A DNA stretch of 64,000 nucleotides, from positions 36,226-100,225 of IMG/VR virus record IMGVR_UViG_3300045391_004554. One strand, 5' to 3'. Positions 1-8,958 of this stretch are shown one piece after another. The first letter of the stretch is position 1. Every line of letters begins with the position of its first letter. The position numbers were made by a program, and so were the translations under genes. A model generated the notes under the pieces. That model saw only the letters and a list, made by a program, of their open reading frames with translations. It had not been told where the DNA came from and did not search any database. The stretch is from a virus.

Positions 1-179
1 ACGCCGAGCTGCCATACGGTTAGAAACATGTCTTTATTGATCCGTATTTTAATATCGAGTGGCTCCCGTATTTGCGGAACGAATAGAAGAATACCTAAAA
101 TAATAGTAAGCCCAGGCACAAAGTATTTTGCATAAAGCTGTATATTTTTCAGTCTTGGTGGTAAAGGCGCATCTTCCAT
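1..179 (-). CDS. partial small membrane protein (holin-like), runs off the window edge
   Basis: Read by hand: MEDAPLPPRLKNIQLYAKYFVPGLTIILGILLFVPQ..., one hydrophobic helix, lies after the fibre genes. Confidence 0.4.
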   Translation of the reverse strand, partial: MEDAPLPPRLKNIQLYAKYFVPGLTIILGILLFVPQIREPLDIKIRINKDMFLTVWQLG

Positions 180-205
180 TCATAATCAGTTATTTAGTCG
201 TAACG

Positions 206-553
206 TTATTTGATGGGTATATAAATTAATGTGCGTTTCCCATCAATTTCTACCCATCGTTGCGTATAAGATTCAAATCGCCCCCTGAATGATACAGGCT
301 GAGGCTTAGCATCAACTTTATCGGTCAAGGTCTTGATATCTGTTTGGTCAATCTGATGAAGACTATCGATCTTCTTTTCAAGCTTAAAGTAATGCCATGT
401 GCTGGAATAATTGCTATCCTTTATATCGGCCTTTAGGCCATAATAGATACCAGCCATAGCTAAGAGCATCGAAGCCGCCCATGCACCAAAATAGAGCGCC
501 GTTTTCCAACGGACACCATTCATGTATTCGCTAATTTCTTGTGTCATTACCAT
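206..553 (-). CDS. single-TM membrane protein (possible lysis accessory)
   Basis: TM segment ALYFGAWAASMLLAMAGIYYG followed by a short coiled coil. Confidence 0.5.
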   Translation of the reverse strand: MVMTQEISEYMNGVRWKTALYFGAWAASMLLAMAGIYYGLKADIKDSNYSSTWHYFKLEKKIDSLHQIDQTDIKTLTDKVDAKPQPVSFRGRFESYTQRWVEIDGKRTLIYIPIK

Positions 554-731
554 ATTTTAATAACCTGATTTTCAGAATCTCGTTTTCTTTTTTTAACTTT
601 TTATTCTCTTCAAGCTGCAGCCGGTATAAATGAATATTAATAGCGACCATAATGATCAGCAATATTGAAAAGGCAAAGTCAAAATAGGCAACTGCGTCCA
701 CGATTTTTATCTGGTTCTAAGGTTAAGTAAA

Positions 732-1085
732 TCATTCTGGTTCACTGTTTTTAAAGGTATAAAAAAGGACTGTAATTATAAAATATGATGCGACCTGTAC
801 ATTTTTATTTTTAATCCAATCAGGCATAGCAAAGATAGTGAGAAGGCAGTAACCATAATAAAAGCCGGTTGAGCACATAAAATATTTTATAAATGTGCGC
901 TCGCGAAATGTCAGCTTTATCTGAGAGGTTGATTGCCATAGCCAAAATAATCTGATAATAATTAAAGCAGGCACAGTATACATGAGTACTAACGCTAACC
1001 TATCCCATTTTTCACGATACAGCAAGATTGCGATAAACAAAGGATAAAAGTGAGTCAATACGAATATCTGTGCCTGCCTCCTCAT
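732..1085 (-). CDS. four-TM membrane protein
   Basis: Four hydrophobic segments; its ATG directly follows the stop of the 52-aa ORF at 1086-1244. Confidence 0.6.
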   Translation of the reverse strand: MRRQAQIFVLTHFYPLFIAILLYREKWDRLALVLMYTVPALIIIRLFWLWQSTSQIKLTFRERTFIKYFMCSTGFYYGYCLLTIFAMPDWIKNKNVQVASYFIITVLFYTFKNSEPE

Positions 1086-1244
1086 TTAGGGATGTGTCGG
1101 ATTTGGAGGTACGGGATCACCATCTGTTGTTAACCCAACCTTATTACTGTTGGCTTCGTGCGATTGAAGATAATCCGCTAATTTTCCCAAATCTTCTGGG
1201 CTTAATGAGACCAATGATTCTGCTAATTCTTGTAAGTTATCCAT
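1086..1244 (-). CDS. 52-aa small protein, not in the ORF track
   Basis: MDNLQELAESLVSLSPEDLGKLADYLQSHEANSNKVGLTTDGDPVPPNPTHP; A-rich upstream region, fills the gap between two genes, TAA-ATG abutting. Confidence 0.65.
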   Translation of the reverse strand: MDNLQELAESLVSLSPEDLGKLADYLQSHEANSNKVGLTTDGDPVPPNPTHP

Positions 1245-1264
1245 TTTATTGTGAGTTTAGTTTT

Positions 1265-3205
1265 TTAATTATTTCCAATTATAATCCAATTGGCATTATT
1301 ACTTTGAACTGTTACATATTTATATTGAGAGGCTAATGAATATGTAGTACTTGCATCTATTGTTTGTGATGATGTGGTGTTAACTGTCACAGCATTTCCA
1401 CTACTATCAATTTTTTTTATAGTATATATTTGCCCTAATTTTCCGACAGCGGTGGGTAATGTTATATTAAACGCTGCTGATGTAGCATCTCCGGTTACTG
1501 TATAATCACTTGCTGTTAATGTATAAGTAGTTGTCTTTGCGGCAAAGTTTGTTATTAAACCACCTGTTTTTAGAGTGGCTAATGTCCCACCAGACCCATT
1601 ATTAACTTCCATTATGCCTGCCGCACTCCTTCTCAACCCAATATCAACACCATTAGATGTGGGATCGCTTGCAGAAAAACCTAATATGATACCGCTGTTT
1701 ATGTTAAATACACCATTACTGAAAACGGCTGCATTAGTTCCCGCAGCTATCATATCCATGCTTCCTACAGTCCGTTGTCTGAAGCCGGAAGTAGTCCCCT
1801 GTGAAAATCCAACCAATCCGGTTCCAGATGGCGAAACTATCACGTTTTGGTTTGTGCCGCCTGCGCCTAATTCCTGTTTAACGTCCCAACTGGCGGCTGT
1901 AGTACCTGATGTTAGTATACAAGTAAAAGTCATTTCGGTATTAGACGGCACAGTAGAAACCGTATTCGCACCAGATGATTGTACGGTAACTAATCCTGTG
2001 CTATTATTAACTATTGTAAACGGTTGCCCTAATACTAGAGTCGATGTTACCGGCAATACAACCGTCTGTGTAGTTGAACCTGTAAAATATTGATTTTGAG
2101 TTGATGAAACGGTTAGCGTAGTTGTTCCTGCCGCCGTTGCTGTTGTAGTGTAGCCACTTAAAAAACTATTGGCTGATAAATTCTTATTAGCATCCCATGC
2201 TGCGAATGAAGATGCAGTAGGCGAAGTTGTAACGGAACTGACATTTGTACCACCGTTGGCAATTGGTAAGACGCCCGAAATATCGGCAGTTAAATTAACA
2301 GCGCTCCAACTTGGTGAGGTACCTGCTTTTAAAAAACCAGGTCCGGTTGCTAGTCTCGTTGCAGCTCCGGAAACGCCTCCATAAATTATATCTCCTTGCG
2401 ACGTCATAGGATTAGTTAAATAGGAGCCAACAGGCTGTTTTCCATTTAGCTGAGTCTGTATTGAACTTGTCGGATCGTAATAAGACTTTGTGATGCCATT
2501 AATCTGTGATACTGAAGGATTAGGATAACTTCCAGATAAATCTCCCCCAGCTGAACCGCTTGGCGGAAGTGAAGACGGCCCCCCTGTTACCAACGAGTAA
2601 GGTATCGCACCTGCCACCAAAGTTCCTATGGTAGTAATATCAGACCCCACTAACTTACTTGCAGTAATAGAACCCGCCAGCATAGCATTCGTAACTTTCC
2701 CTGAACCTATGGATGTCGTAATTGCGGTCGCTCCGGATCCTGTAATATCGCCGGATAAAGTTATATTTTGATTGCCAGATATATAGCCAGCTGGATTTGT
2801 AGCATTATAAGGCGTATATCCTAAACTATTTTGCTTTCCATTAAGTGCCGCTTGAAGATCAGTTTGACTGGAGAGTGTGCCGGTTATCGCCCCCCAGACT
2901 GCTGCACCAGAACCTCCTCCTACTGAAGTAAAAAAGTTAGTTAATATATAGGACTGGAGAGCAGCAAACGACGAAAATATCGTATTGGTATCCCCATTAA
3001 ATACCCTGGTGTACGGAAACTTATCAATCGGTTTTATTTGATAACTTAGATCAGTATATCTGGGCTCCAATGAAAAACTTACGCCATCTGGCTGCGCCAC
3101 GAAATCATAAGTATTTACTCCATAACTTCTTAATATTTTAGATTGCTGATCAAAAATAGTGAAGTATGAGCCTATAGTACTTTTCTGAATGGTTAAATAA
3201 TCCAT
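1265..3205 (-). CDS. tail/head fibre protein
   Basis: Gly/Ser/Thr-rich; fibre motifs WGAITGTLSSQTDLQAAL and GGDLSGSYPNPSV; C-terminal ITLPTAVG...YTIKKID fibre domain. Confidence 0.8.
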   Translation of the reverse strand: MDYLTIQKSTIGSYFTIFDQQSKILRSYGVNTYDFVAQPDGVSFSLEPRYTDLSYQIKPIDKFPYTRVFNGDTNTIFSSFAALQSYILTNFFTSVGGGSGAAVWGAITGTLSSQTDLQAALNGKQNSLGYTPYNATNPAGYISGNQNITLSGDITGSGATAITTSIGSGKVTNAMLAGSITASKLVGSDITTIGTLVAGAIPYSLVTGGPSSLPPSGSAGGDLSGSYPNPSVSQINGITKSYYDPTSSIQTQLNGKQPVGSYLTNPMTSQGDIIYGGVSGAATRLATGPGFLKAGTSPSWSAVNLTADISGVLPIANGGTNVSSVTTSPTASSFAAWDANKNLSANSFLSGYTTTATAAGTTTLTVSSTQNQYFTGSTTQTVVLPVTSTLVLGQPFTIVNNSTGLVTVQSSGANTVSTVPSNTEMTFTCILTSGTTAASWDVKQELGAGGTNQNVIVSPSGTGLVGFSQGTTSGFRQRTVGSMDMIAAGTNAAVFSNGVFNINSGIILGFSASDPTSNGVDIGLRRSAAGIMEVNNGSGGTLATLKTGGLITNFAAKTTTYTLTASDYTVTGDATSAAFNITLPTAVGKLGQIYTIKKIDSSGNAVTVNTTSSQTIDASTTYSLASQYKYVTVQSNNANWIIIGNN

Positions 3206-3253
3206 TGTGACAACTTACTTTTTTTAATACGAGACAAAAATGCCCGATTATCG

Positions 3254-4264
3254 CTAGTACCAACTATCCGAATCTGAATCATAAACTAACATCTCTAGTT
3301 GGGCAGCGGTTGGGCTAGAAACTCCACCTACAATCGTTCCATTGCTATAGGTAACAGCCGTTATAGCTTGGGTAAACTTAATATAAACACAATCATTATT
3401 GATAGGAGCAGTTGGCATATTGAGTGTCAAAGCAGCTAACGGAGCAGCAGGATTTATTATATTATATTTATTACTTTGAACATCTATCGTATCTCCGGTC
3501 AAAGGTATAAAAATAATATGCAATTTTGGTGTTGATTCTATAAGCAAATTACCATATTGCACGTATTGATCATCGCTATTCTTTGCGAAAACTTTAGTCC
3601 CCCTTAACCCTATCGAATCAATATCATCTGTAACAACAACTCCGTTGCCGCCGCTATTATCAACTTGGATAGCCTGCGAATTAACAGTGTCAGATGCCGT
3701 TAAATAAGCCACAGTACCGTCGCTCTGAATTTGCGAAATTGCCCCTCCGGCCCTGGTTTGCTGTGCTATGAAAAGAGAAATGCCACTTGCAACATGCTGC
3801 ATATAAGAGGTAAATCCCGCGCCATCGTCGGCGGTTAAAAGAAATAAGTGATCACTTTGGGTTATCGTTGTATCTTGATTGAGTGTATTAGGTCCGCCTA
3901 ATATGACTGGATCTACATTAGTGCCGGTACCCGAAATGCCATTATCAGTTATAACTGCCCCACCCCCAGAGGCTCCGTTGGGATTACGAAAAAAATTGGT
4001 CAGGATATAAGTTCTCAATGAATCGAAATCGGCGAAAGGATCACCGGTATCACCGTTGATAATTGAACTGAAATGTGCATTGTCAATGATCTTAAACCTA
4101 TCAACAGATTTACTACTTGCTGCTTCTAATGAAAATGATTCCCCGTCTTGAGACGGAACAAAATCATACCCATTTACCATATAAGGCCGCAAAATTCCAT
4201 CAGTAGAATCCTGGACGGTAAAATAGGCTCCTGAATCGCTTCTTTGTATTGTTACCTGTGGCAT
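3254..4264 (-). CDS. fibre/receptor-binding protein with an N-terminus paralogous to 1265-3205
   Basis: Shares about 95 N-terminal aa (TIQ.S..G.YFT..D....ILR.Y.VN.YDFV...DG.SFSLE...YILTNFF); C-terminal AALTLNMP fibre-like domain. Confidence 0.7.
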   Translation of the reverse strand: MPQVTIQRSDSGAYFTVQDSTDGILRPYMVNGYDFVPSQDGESFSLEAASSKSVDRFKIIDNAHFSSIINGDTGDPFADFDSLRTYILTNFFRNPNGASGGGAVITDNGISGTGTNVDPVILGGPNTLNQDTTITQSDHLFLLTADDGAGFTSYMQHVASGISLFIAQQTRAGGAISQIQSDGTVAYLTASDTVNSQAIQVDNSGGNGVVVTDDIDSIGLRGTKVFAKNSDDQYVQYGNLLIESTPKLHIIFIPLTGDTIDVQSNKYNIINPAAPLAALTLNMPTAPINNDCVYIKFTQAITAVTYSNGTIVGGVSSPTAAQLEMLVYDSDSDSWY

Positions 4265-4276
4265 ATTAAAATATTT

Positions 4277-7066
4277 TTACGTTAATGTAAATGTTTTTAC
4301 TACTCCTCCAACTATTGCTTTAAAATTAGTACCGTCAAACCATAGGGTGCCATTTGTAGCACCGGTATAAGCTGCTCCAGGTGTGATAATTAAGCTGCCA
4401 TATGCTGACGTTGATGCGGCAAATAAAGACGGTCCTCCTAATACACTTAATGAATAGTTCTGCAGTCCTGTATATGTTGTAATACTGCCTACCGGAACTG
4501 TGGCTCCAGAACCTACCGGCGAGCCACCAACCAAAACAACTATTCCTAATACATCTCCTGCGGTATAGTTAATACCGCCATCGATCAATGTAGCACTTGT
4601 TACAGAGCCGCCGCTGCAAACTACCTGTAGTACGGCATTACGCCCGGTGCCCCCCGTCACATTCGATAAAAATGTTCCTGTCGGATAGCCGCTTCCGCCC
4701 ACCAATGATCCAACTGTTAAGGTAGCAATCTTTGATTTTCCAAAGGTAGGATTAATTGCCAATCCAACGAGCACGTCCCCGTTAGCCGAAGGCCGTAAAC
4801 CGGAGACCATATTATATCCTATCGCAGTTGTACTTACTGATTTTGAAAGTCCGTTATGTACTATCGATCCGTCTACACCTATAGTAAAAATGTCCCTGTA
4901 CTGATTTTGCAACTCCAGAATAAATCCTGTAGATGAAAGATTACTTTGTTGAATTTTCAAGGCCGAGACCGCATCGCCAACATTTCGTCCGATAACCGTT
5001 CCGCTGGCCGAAAGACTAACAAATCCGTTTGCCAACCCCGAAAGGGAATAAATACCGGCGCCACGATAGTAACCGTCAAATGTTACGAAACCTACATTTG
5101 CCCCGTTATATTTAAAAGTCGTCACATTAGCATTTGTAGTCGTTTGATTAAAAGAAGCGCCTGTAGTGTTTGTCGTGATCGAATCTGCCACTATATCGCC
5201 GTACTCCCAGGGATTATTAATTGTTCCAGGATCATCTCCAAAATTCGGACCAGCTGGTTTAAACGTACCGGCAGCAAAATACGCGGCTTTAGCCAGTATA
5301 GCAGCATCCACATAATGCTTATTTGCTGCCTGGGCATCTGCCGTTGGATCTGCAGCAAGGTTTAGCACACCGGTCATTGTTCCGCCAGATTTCAATAAGT
5401 ATCCGGATAGAGATGTGGAAGTCAAATAAGTGGCATCAGCATATGCCTTATTTATTTTGGATAAACCCGTAAAAGATCCGCTGACATCCGATACATAGTT
5501 ATCGAGTCCGGCAGTTTGAACAGCGTAGGAAGTAAATGGTCCGATACCTATCGTAGCGCCTTGAATGATCGTAGGGATGCCGGAGTCTGTCCCTTTCCAG
5601 TTTGGCAATTGGGTGTTAGGGTTAGTACCATTATTTAGGATATTCCAGTATAAACTTGGGCTTACCTGTGGCAACGTAAAGAACTGCCTGCTTTTGCTTT
5701 TCAGAATTTCTATACTGTAATCCTGGAATGACACTGCGCCTGACAAAAGCTTATGTCGTCCCCTTACCTCGTAAGCACCGGAAGCATTCTTTGCTACATC
5801 TATATGAAGCTCATGACTCCTTCCTGACCTGCTTATATAATCATGTGATTTATAAAGGGGTAAAAGTTCATACCAGACACCTGCTGTAGCGATTTGCGAA
5901 GGCGTAAATTTATACTCTGCAAAATATCCCTGGTTTATTGTATTATTGTCAACGCCAATAGAAAACCCTACCCAGTCTTCCCCGAATATCGATTGTACTA
6001 AGCTAAATAAAGGAAAAGTTGAATTGTTGGTTGTGCTGAAACTTACCTCTAAATATAAGATTCCATCCCCAACTGGCGAGAATGTATTCGAAATATTTAC
6101 CCAGTCCAGATAACTTGTGATATTATTAGCGTCAGATACAGCACTTGTAAATTGTATCGTCCTTAAGGCCCGATACGGTGTCTCTGTCGAATTCGTTATT
6201 GGGTTATTCGTTAGAAATAATAGACTACCATCACTAACAATATTTCCCGTTACGAGATTTTGACCTGATACCCATGGATGATACCATTGATTATTCCGGA
6301 AGTAACCAGCATCTATAATTGCCCTGTCATTTGCATCAAAATAACTGCTATAGTCATCTAAAAATAATAAGCCCTGCGTAAACTTCAGCGTGAATGAATT
6401 CATATCAATTGTCGTATTCATAGACAACTGACCACCTAAGCCATAATATGGGAAACTAGTAACACCAATTCCATTATTGAACTGCTCTCCCGTGATAAAA
6501 TCAGCAAGTTGATTAAACGCCACCGCATCCTGCCCGGTCACTCCATTCGGAACTTGCGGAGAACTGGTAAAGGTTTTTATCCCATTGATGGTTTGATCTG
6601 AATGCGTATCAACATAATCTATAGGAGGGGGCGAACCAATCGTCACAGATGTAGGCGTGATCAACGCAGTACATATTAAAATAGTACTGCCTGGAATTGC
6701 CGGTATCACCGGAGAGCTGGACAGGTCTCCTGATAGAAGATACAATCGATTGAACGCATCCGCATAGACAACGTCATACCGACTTAAAGTAGGATCCTGA
6801 GCATCGAGCGCAAATGTAGTTACGGTAGATGTGCTGTATTGAAGTCTTTGTATTTGCCAAACGCCAGGTTGCACTGTCAGGTTATTTGAACCATCTACAG
6901 CTACACCGAGCCCTGAAATTATTCCGTCTGGAAGAAGGAGATTGGCGAGTTCTTCAAAACAACTTGCCTCGTCATCAAGGGAAATAGAATCAGGCAAGGA
7001 TTTGGTCCTGATCTTCTGATAGGGATAGTCGATTTTATACTGCGCTATCGCGTCAGAAAGTTGCAT
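4277..7066 (-). CDS. tail fibre protein
   Basis: Fibre motifs QTINGIKTFTSSPQVP, YLLKSGGTMTG, AANKHYVD, GGSGY; N-terminal SRYDVVY adaptor. Confidence 0.8.
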   Translation of the reverse strand: MQLSDAIAQYKIDYPYQKIRTKSLPDSISLDDEASCFEELANLLLPDGIISGLGVAVDGSNNLTVQPGVWQIQRLQYSTSTVTTFALDAQDPTLSRYDVVYADAFNRLYLLSGDLSSSPVIPAIPGSTILICTALITPTSVTIGSPPPIDYVDTHSDQTINGIKTFTSSPQVPNGVTGQDAVAFNQLADFITGEQFNNGIGVTSFPYYGLGGQLSMNTTIDMNSFTLKFTQGLLFLDDYSSYFDANDRAIIDAGYFRNNQWYHPWVSGQNLVTGNIVSDGSLLFLTNNPITNSTETPYRALRTIQFTSAVSDANNITSYLDWVNISNTFSPVGDGILYLEVSFSTTNNSTFPLFSLVQSIFGEDWVGFSIGVDNNTINQGYFAEYKFTPSQIATAGVWYELLPLYKSHDYISRSGRSHELHIDVAKNASGAYEVRGRHKLLSGAVSFQDYSIEILKSKSRQFFTLPQVSPSLYWNILNNGTNPNTQLPNWKGTDSGIPTIIQGATIGIGPFTSYAVQTAGLDNYVSDVSGSFTGLSKINKAYADATYLTSTSLSGYLLKSGGTMTGVLNLAADPTADAQAANKHYVDAAILAKAAYFAAGTFKPAGPNFGDDPGTINNPWEYGDIVADSITTNTTGASFNQTTTNANVTTFKYNGANVGFVTFDGYYRGAGIYSLSGLANGFVSLSASGTVIGRNVGDAVSALKIQQSNLSSTGFILELQNQYRDIFTIGVDGSIVHNGLSKSVSTTAIGYNMVSGLRPSANGDVLVGLAINPTFGKSKIATLTVGSLVGGSGYPTGTFLSNVTGGTGRNAVLQVVCSGGSVTSATLIDGGINYTAGDVLGIVVLVGGSPVGSGATVPVGSITTYTGLQNYSLSVLGGPSLFAASTSAYGSLIITPGAAYTGATNGTLWFDGTNFKAIVGGVVKTFTLT

Positions 7067-7078
7067 TGGCTCTTCGGT

Positions 7079-7396
7079 TTAAACAAATTCAATATCGAAC
7101 TCTTTAACGTGAATCTTGAAATGAGAACCACCGCCATCAGGACAGCAATTACCCGCTCCAAAGCATTCATTTAGAAAATCAGTTTCCCGCATGTTTAATG
7201 TGCCGTACTCGTGGCCATCAAACCCAATAAAAAAACCGTACATCATTTTGAAGCATCGGTCTACAGGATCCCAGGTTTGTTTTTTAAGTTCGCCTTTAAC
7301 GCTTACCAAGGAACAATCAATAAGAAAATCACATTCCTTTTCCAGCAATTCGCCATCTTTATAAGCAGCAGGAAATAAAATGCTTCTCCCTTCCAT
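7079..7396 (-). CDS. hypothetical protein (possible fibre-associated)
   Basis: ORF with appropriate spacing directly upstream of the fibre gene. Confidence 0.5.
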   Translation of the reverse strand: MEGRSILFPAAYKDGELLEKECDFLIDCSLVSVKGELKKQTWDPVDRCFKMMYGFFIGFDGHEYGTLNMRETDFLNECFGAGNCCPDGGGSHFKIHVKEFDIEFV

Positions 7397-7467
7397 TGTT
7401 CCCCGATAAAGTTAATTCAAAAGCCAATATTTTTGAAAGTGTTATCCTTTTATTGCAATTGTTTGCA

Positions 7468-8163
7468 TTACAAAGTTATACCTAAAGCAGCAGCAGTTTG
7501 AGAACCTACTTCACCATCCGCTACAAGCTGGTGAGCAATCTGGAATGTTTTCACAATTGCTGAAGTAGCTGGCCCGTATTTACCATCGACTATGATATGG
7601 TAGCCTTTGTTTAATAGCGCCTGCTGGATCTTCACCACTTCATTACCACTCATTAAAGGCGACGTAACGTAAACTATATTCGGCTGCTCATGAGATTGAG
7701 TGATCTCATTTGTGGTATACTGTACGCCCGGCACTTTAATACCGATACTCCAACGCCTGCCAAGTGCTGTACTTTGGATAAGGCCGTATTTGGTCGAATT
7801 GGCTTCCATGGTGCCTCCTTTACCGTCAGAGAATACAATGTGCCCAATCAAACCATCTCCTCCAATACGCAGTAGATATGCGCCCGGTGTATGAATAGCT
7901 TCGTCAATACTAATTTTAATACCCAACTGCTCAGCATCCCGCGCAAAGAAACCGGTATAAGCATCTGCGCTATGTGGAGAGCCTTTGTCGTTCGCCCATC
8001 CATAAGGAATGCCGGTGACCTGGTAAAGTACATATGACGCGAATTCCGCACAGTCAAAATTTCCACGATAATTTTCATTATCTTTTGGAACCAATACGCC
8101 CAAAACATAACCTAATCCTTTATAGGTTAAGGCTTTTTCGAATAATTCTTCCCCTGTATGCAT
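7468..8163 (-). CDS. endolysin: NlpC/P60-type peptidase plus C-terminal peptidoglycan-binding domain
   Basis: FDCAEF (catalytic Cys) and GHIV (His); PG_binding_1-like VVKIQQAL...DGKYGPAT...FQ...L.ADGEVG; start moved to MHTGEEL because the longer start overlaps a terminator. Confidence 0.85.
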   Translation of the reverse strand: MHTGEELFEKALTYKGLGYVLGVLVPKDNENYRGNFDCAEFASYVLYQVTGIPYGWANDKGSPHSADAYTGFFARDAEQLGIKISIDEAIHTPGAYLLRIGGDGLIGHIVFSDGKGGTMEANSTKYGLIQSTALGRRWSIGIKVPGVQYTTNEITQSHEQPNIVYVTSPLMSGNEVVKIQQALLNKGYHIIVDGKYGPATSAIVKTFQIAHQLVADGEVGSQTAAALGITL

Positions 8164-8199
8164 AATGTTTTTTATTGTAAAGCTAAAGGAAATATTATA

Positions 8200-8237
8200 A
8201 AAAAGAAATGCCCCGCAGATCAAACAGGGCATTCTTC
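8200..8237 (-). terminator. intrinsic terminator after tRNA-Met
   Basis: Minus strand AATGCCCTG-loop-CGGGGCATT followed by TCTTTTT. Confidence 0.65.
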
Positions 8238-8275
8238 AGTAAATCAAGTAAACCTAAAATAATAACAGCACGTTG

Positions 8276-8347
8276 TAGCGGGAATCGGAATCGAACCGAC
8301 GTACGACAAGGTTATGAGCCTGTCAGGAAACCAACGTCCTCCCCGCG
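8276..8347 (-). tRNA. tRNA-Met(CAU), initiator-like, deviant D arm and anticodon stem
   Basis: CGCGGGG...CTCATAA...GTCGG TTCGATT CCGAT TCCCGCTA; 1:72 mismatch as in fMet; TATATTTG promoter element about 10 nt upstream; CCA not encoded. Confidence 0.8.
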
Positions 8348-8371
8348 ATTTATTATTCAAATATAAAAACT

Positions 8372-8530
8372 TTATTTCATTTTGTTGCCACTGATTTTCA
8401 TTAAATTTTTATTAGCCCGTTTCGCTTTATTGCTGGCATTCCTTCCACTAGATGCCAACATAGCATATGCTTCATGTAAAGGAACTCCTTCTTTCTTAGC
8501 AATTCCTTCTCCTACTGATTTAAAACTCAT
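8372..8530 (-). CDS. 52-aa basic small phage protein, not in the ORF track
   Basis: MSFKSVGEGIAKKEGVPLHEAYAMLASSGRNASNKAKRANKNLMKISGNKMK, between tRNA-Leu and tRNA-Met. Confidence 0.65.
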   Translation of the reverse strand: MSFKSVGEGIAKKEGVPLHEAYAMLASSGRNASNKAKRANKNLMKISGNKMK

Positions 8531-8559
8531 GATTGATGCATTTGATTAGCATAAAATTC

Positions 8560-8575
8560 TGTAAAATATTTTACA
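8560..8575. repeat. copy of a dispersed palindrome, consensus RTAAAATATTTTAY
   Basis: TGTAAAATATTTTACA; further copies at about 876, 12002, 24331, 33235, 40894, 45259, 47768, 56242 and 60298. Confidence 0.75.
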
Positions 8576-8583
8576 AAACCAAG

Positions 8584-8663
8584 TCTTCCCTGAGGGATTT
8601 GAACCCTCACCCCGAAGGACGGGATTTTAAGTCCCGCGCGTCTGCCAGTTTCACCAAGGGAAG
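8584..8663 (-). tRNA. tRNA-Leu(UAA)
   Basis: CTTCCCT/AGGGAAG acceptor; CGGGA-CTTAAAA-TCCCG anticodon arm; short variable arm with TTCG loop; TTCAAAT T loop. Confidence 0.92.
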
Positions 8664-8667
8664 TAAG

Positions 8668-8741
8668 TGGGCTGTGAAGGATTCGAACCTTCAACATCCA
8701 GATTCTAAGTCTGGCGCGACTACCAATTGCACCAACAGCCC
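8668..8741 (-). tRNA. tRNA-Leu(UAG) lacking the long variable arm
   Basis: GGGCTGT/ACAGCCC acceptor, A73; CCAGA-CTTAGAA-TCTGG; 5-nt variable loop ATGTT; GAAGG-TTCGAAT-CCTTC. Confidence 0.85.
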
Positions 8742-8746
8742 ATTTG

Positions 8747-8822
8747 TCTTGTGGGAGGGATTTGAACCCCCGTGATCTCGCTTCCAGGGCGAGCTAGATA
8801 AACCGGACTCCTATACCACAAG
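8747..8822 (-). tRNA. tRNA-Pro(UGG) with C33 and A37
   Basis: C1-G72 and A73 Pro identity; CTCGC-CCTGGAA-GCGAG anticodon arm; TTCAAAT T loop. Confidence 0.85.
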
Positions 8823-8857
8823 AAATAAAAAACCCCTTGACTTTTTAGATCAAGGGG
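8823..8857 (-). terminator. attenuator terminator immediately 5' of tRNA-Pro
   Basis: CCCCTTGA-TCTAAAAAG-TCAAGGGG-TTTTTTATTT: 8-bp perfect stem plus U tract. Confidence 0.85.
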
Positions 8858-8882
8858 CGCGTTCAGTTAATAGTTAATATGA

Positions 8883-8954
8883 TTAATCCATACTTCGCCC
8901 CTTAATGCCAGGTAACGGCAAGCCCAAGAGGTTTAATAGAGATATCTGTTTCAT
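8883..8954 (-). CDS. 23-aa Leu/Pro-rich leader peptide (putative attenuator uORF)
   Basis: ATG AAA CAG ATA TCT CTA TTA AAC CTC TTG GGC TTG CCG TTA CCT GGC ATT AAG GGG CGA AGT ATG GAT TAA = MKQISLLNLLGLPLPGIKGRSMD; codons 18-20 are complementary to the terminator 5' arm. Confidence 0.75.
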   Translation of the reverse strand: MKQISLLNLLGLPLPGIKGRSMD

Positions 8955-8958
8955 GACG

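Noticed and set aside
527-701. About 56-aa TM/coiled-coil ORF (GTG start, VDAVAYFDFAFSILLII...)
   Set aside because: Plausible, but it has no ATG start and in-frame stops just upstream; not supported well enough to list
1265-7066. Diversity-generating retroelement or invertible fibre cassette
   Set aside because: No reverse transcriptase, recombinase or near-identical TR/VR pair seen; fibre similarity is diverged and N-terminal
8668-8741. Amber-suppressor tRNA (CTA visible on the plus strand) and stop-codon recoding as in some crAss phages
   Set aside because: The T-loop position fixes the gene on the minus strand, anticodon TAG (Leu). Long ORFs are intact under code 11, and TAG/TGA end genes normally.
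8533-8775. 80-aa plus-strand ORF
   Set aside because: Antisense shadow of the tRNA array
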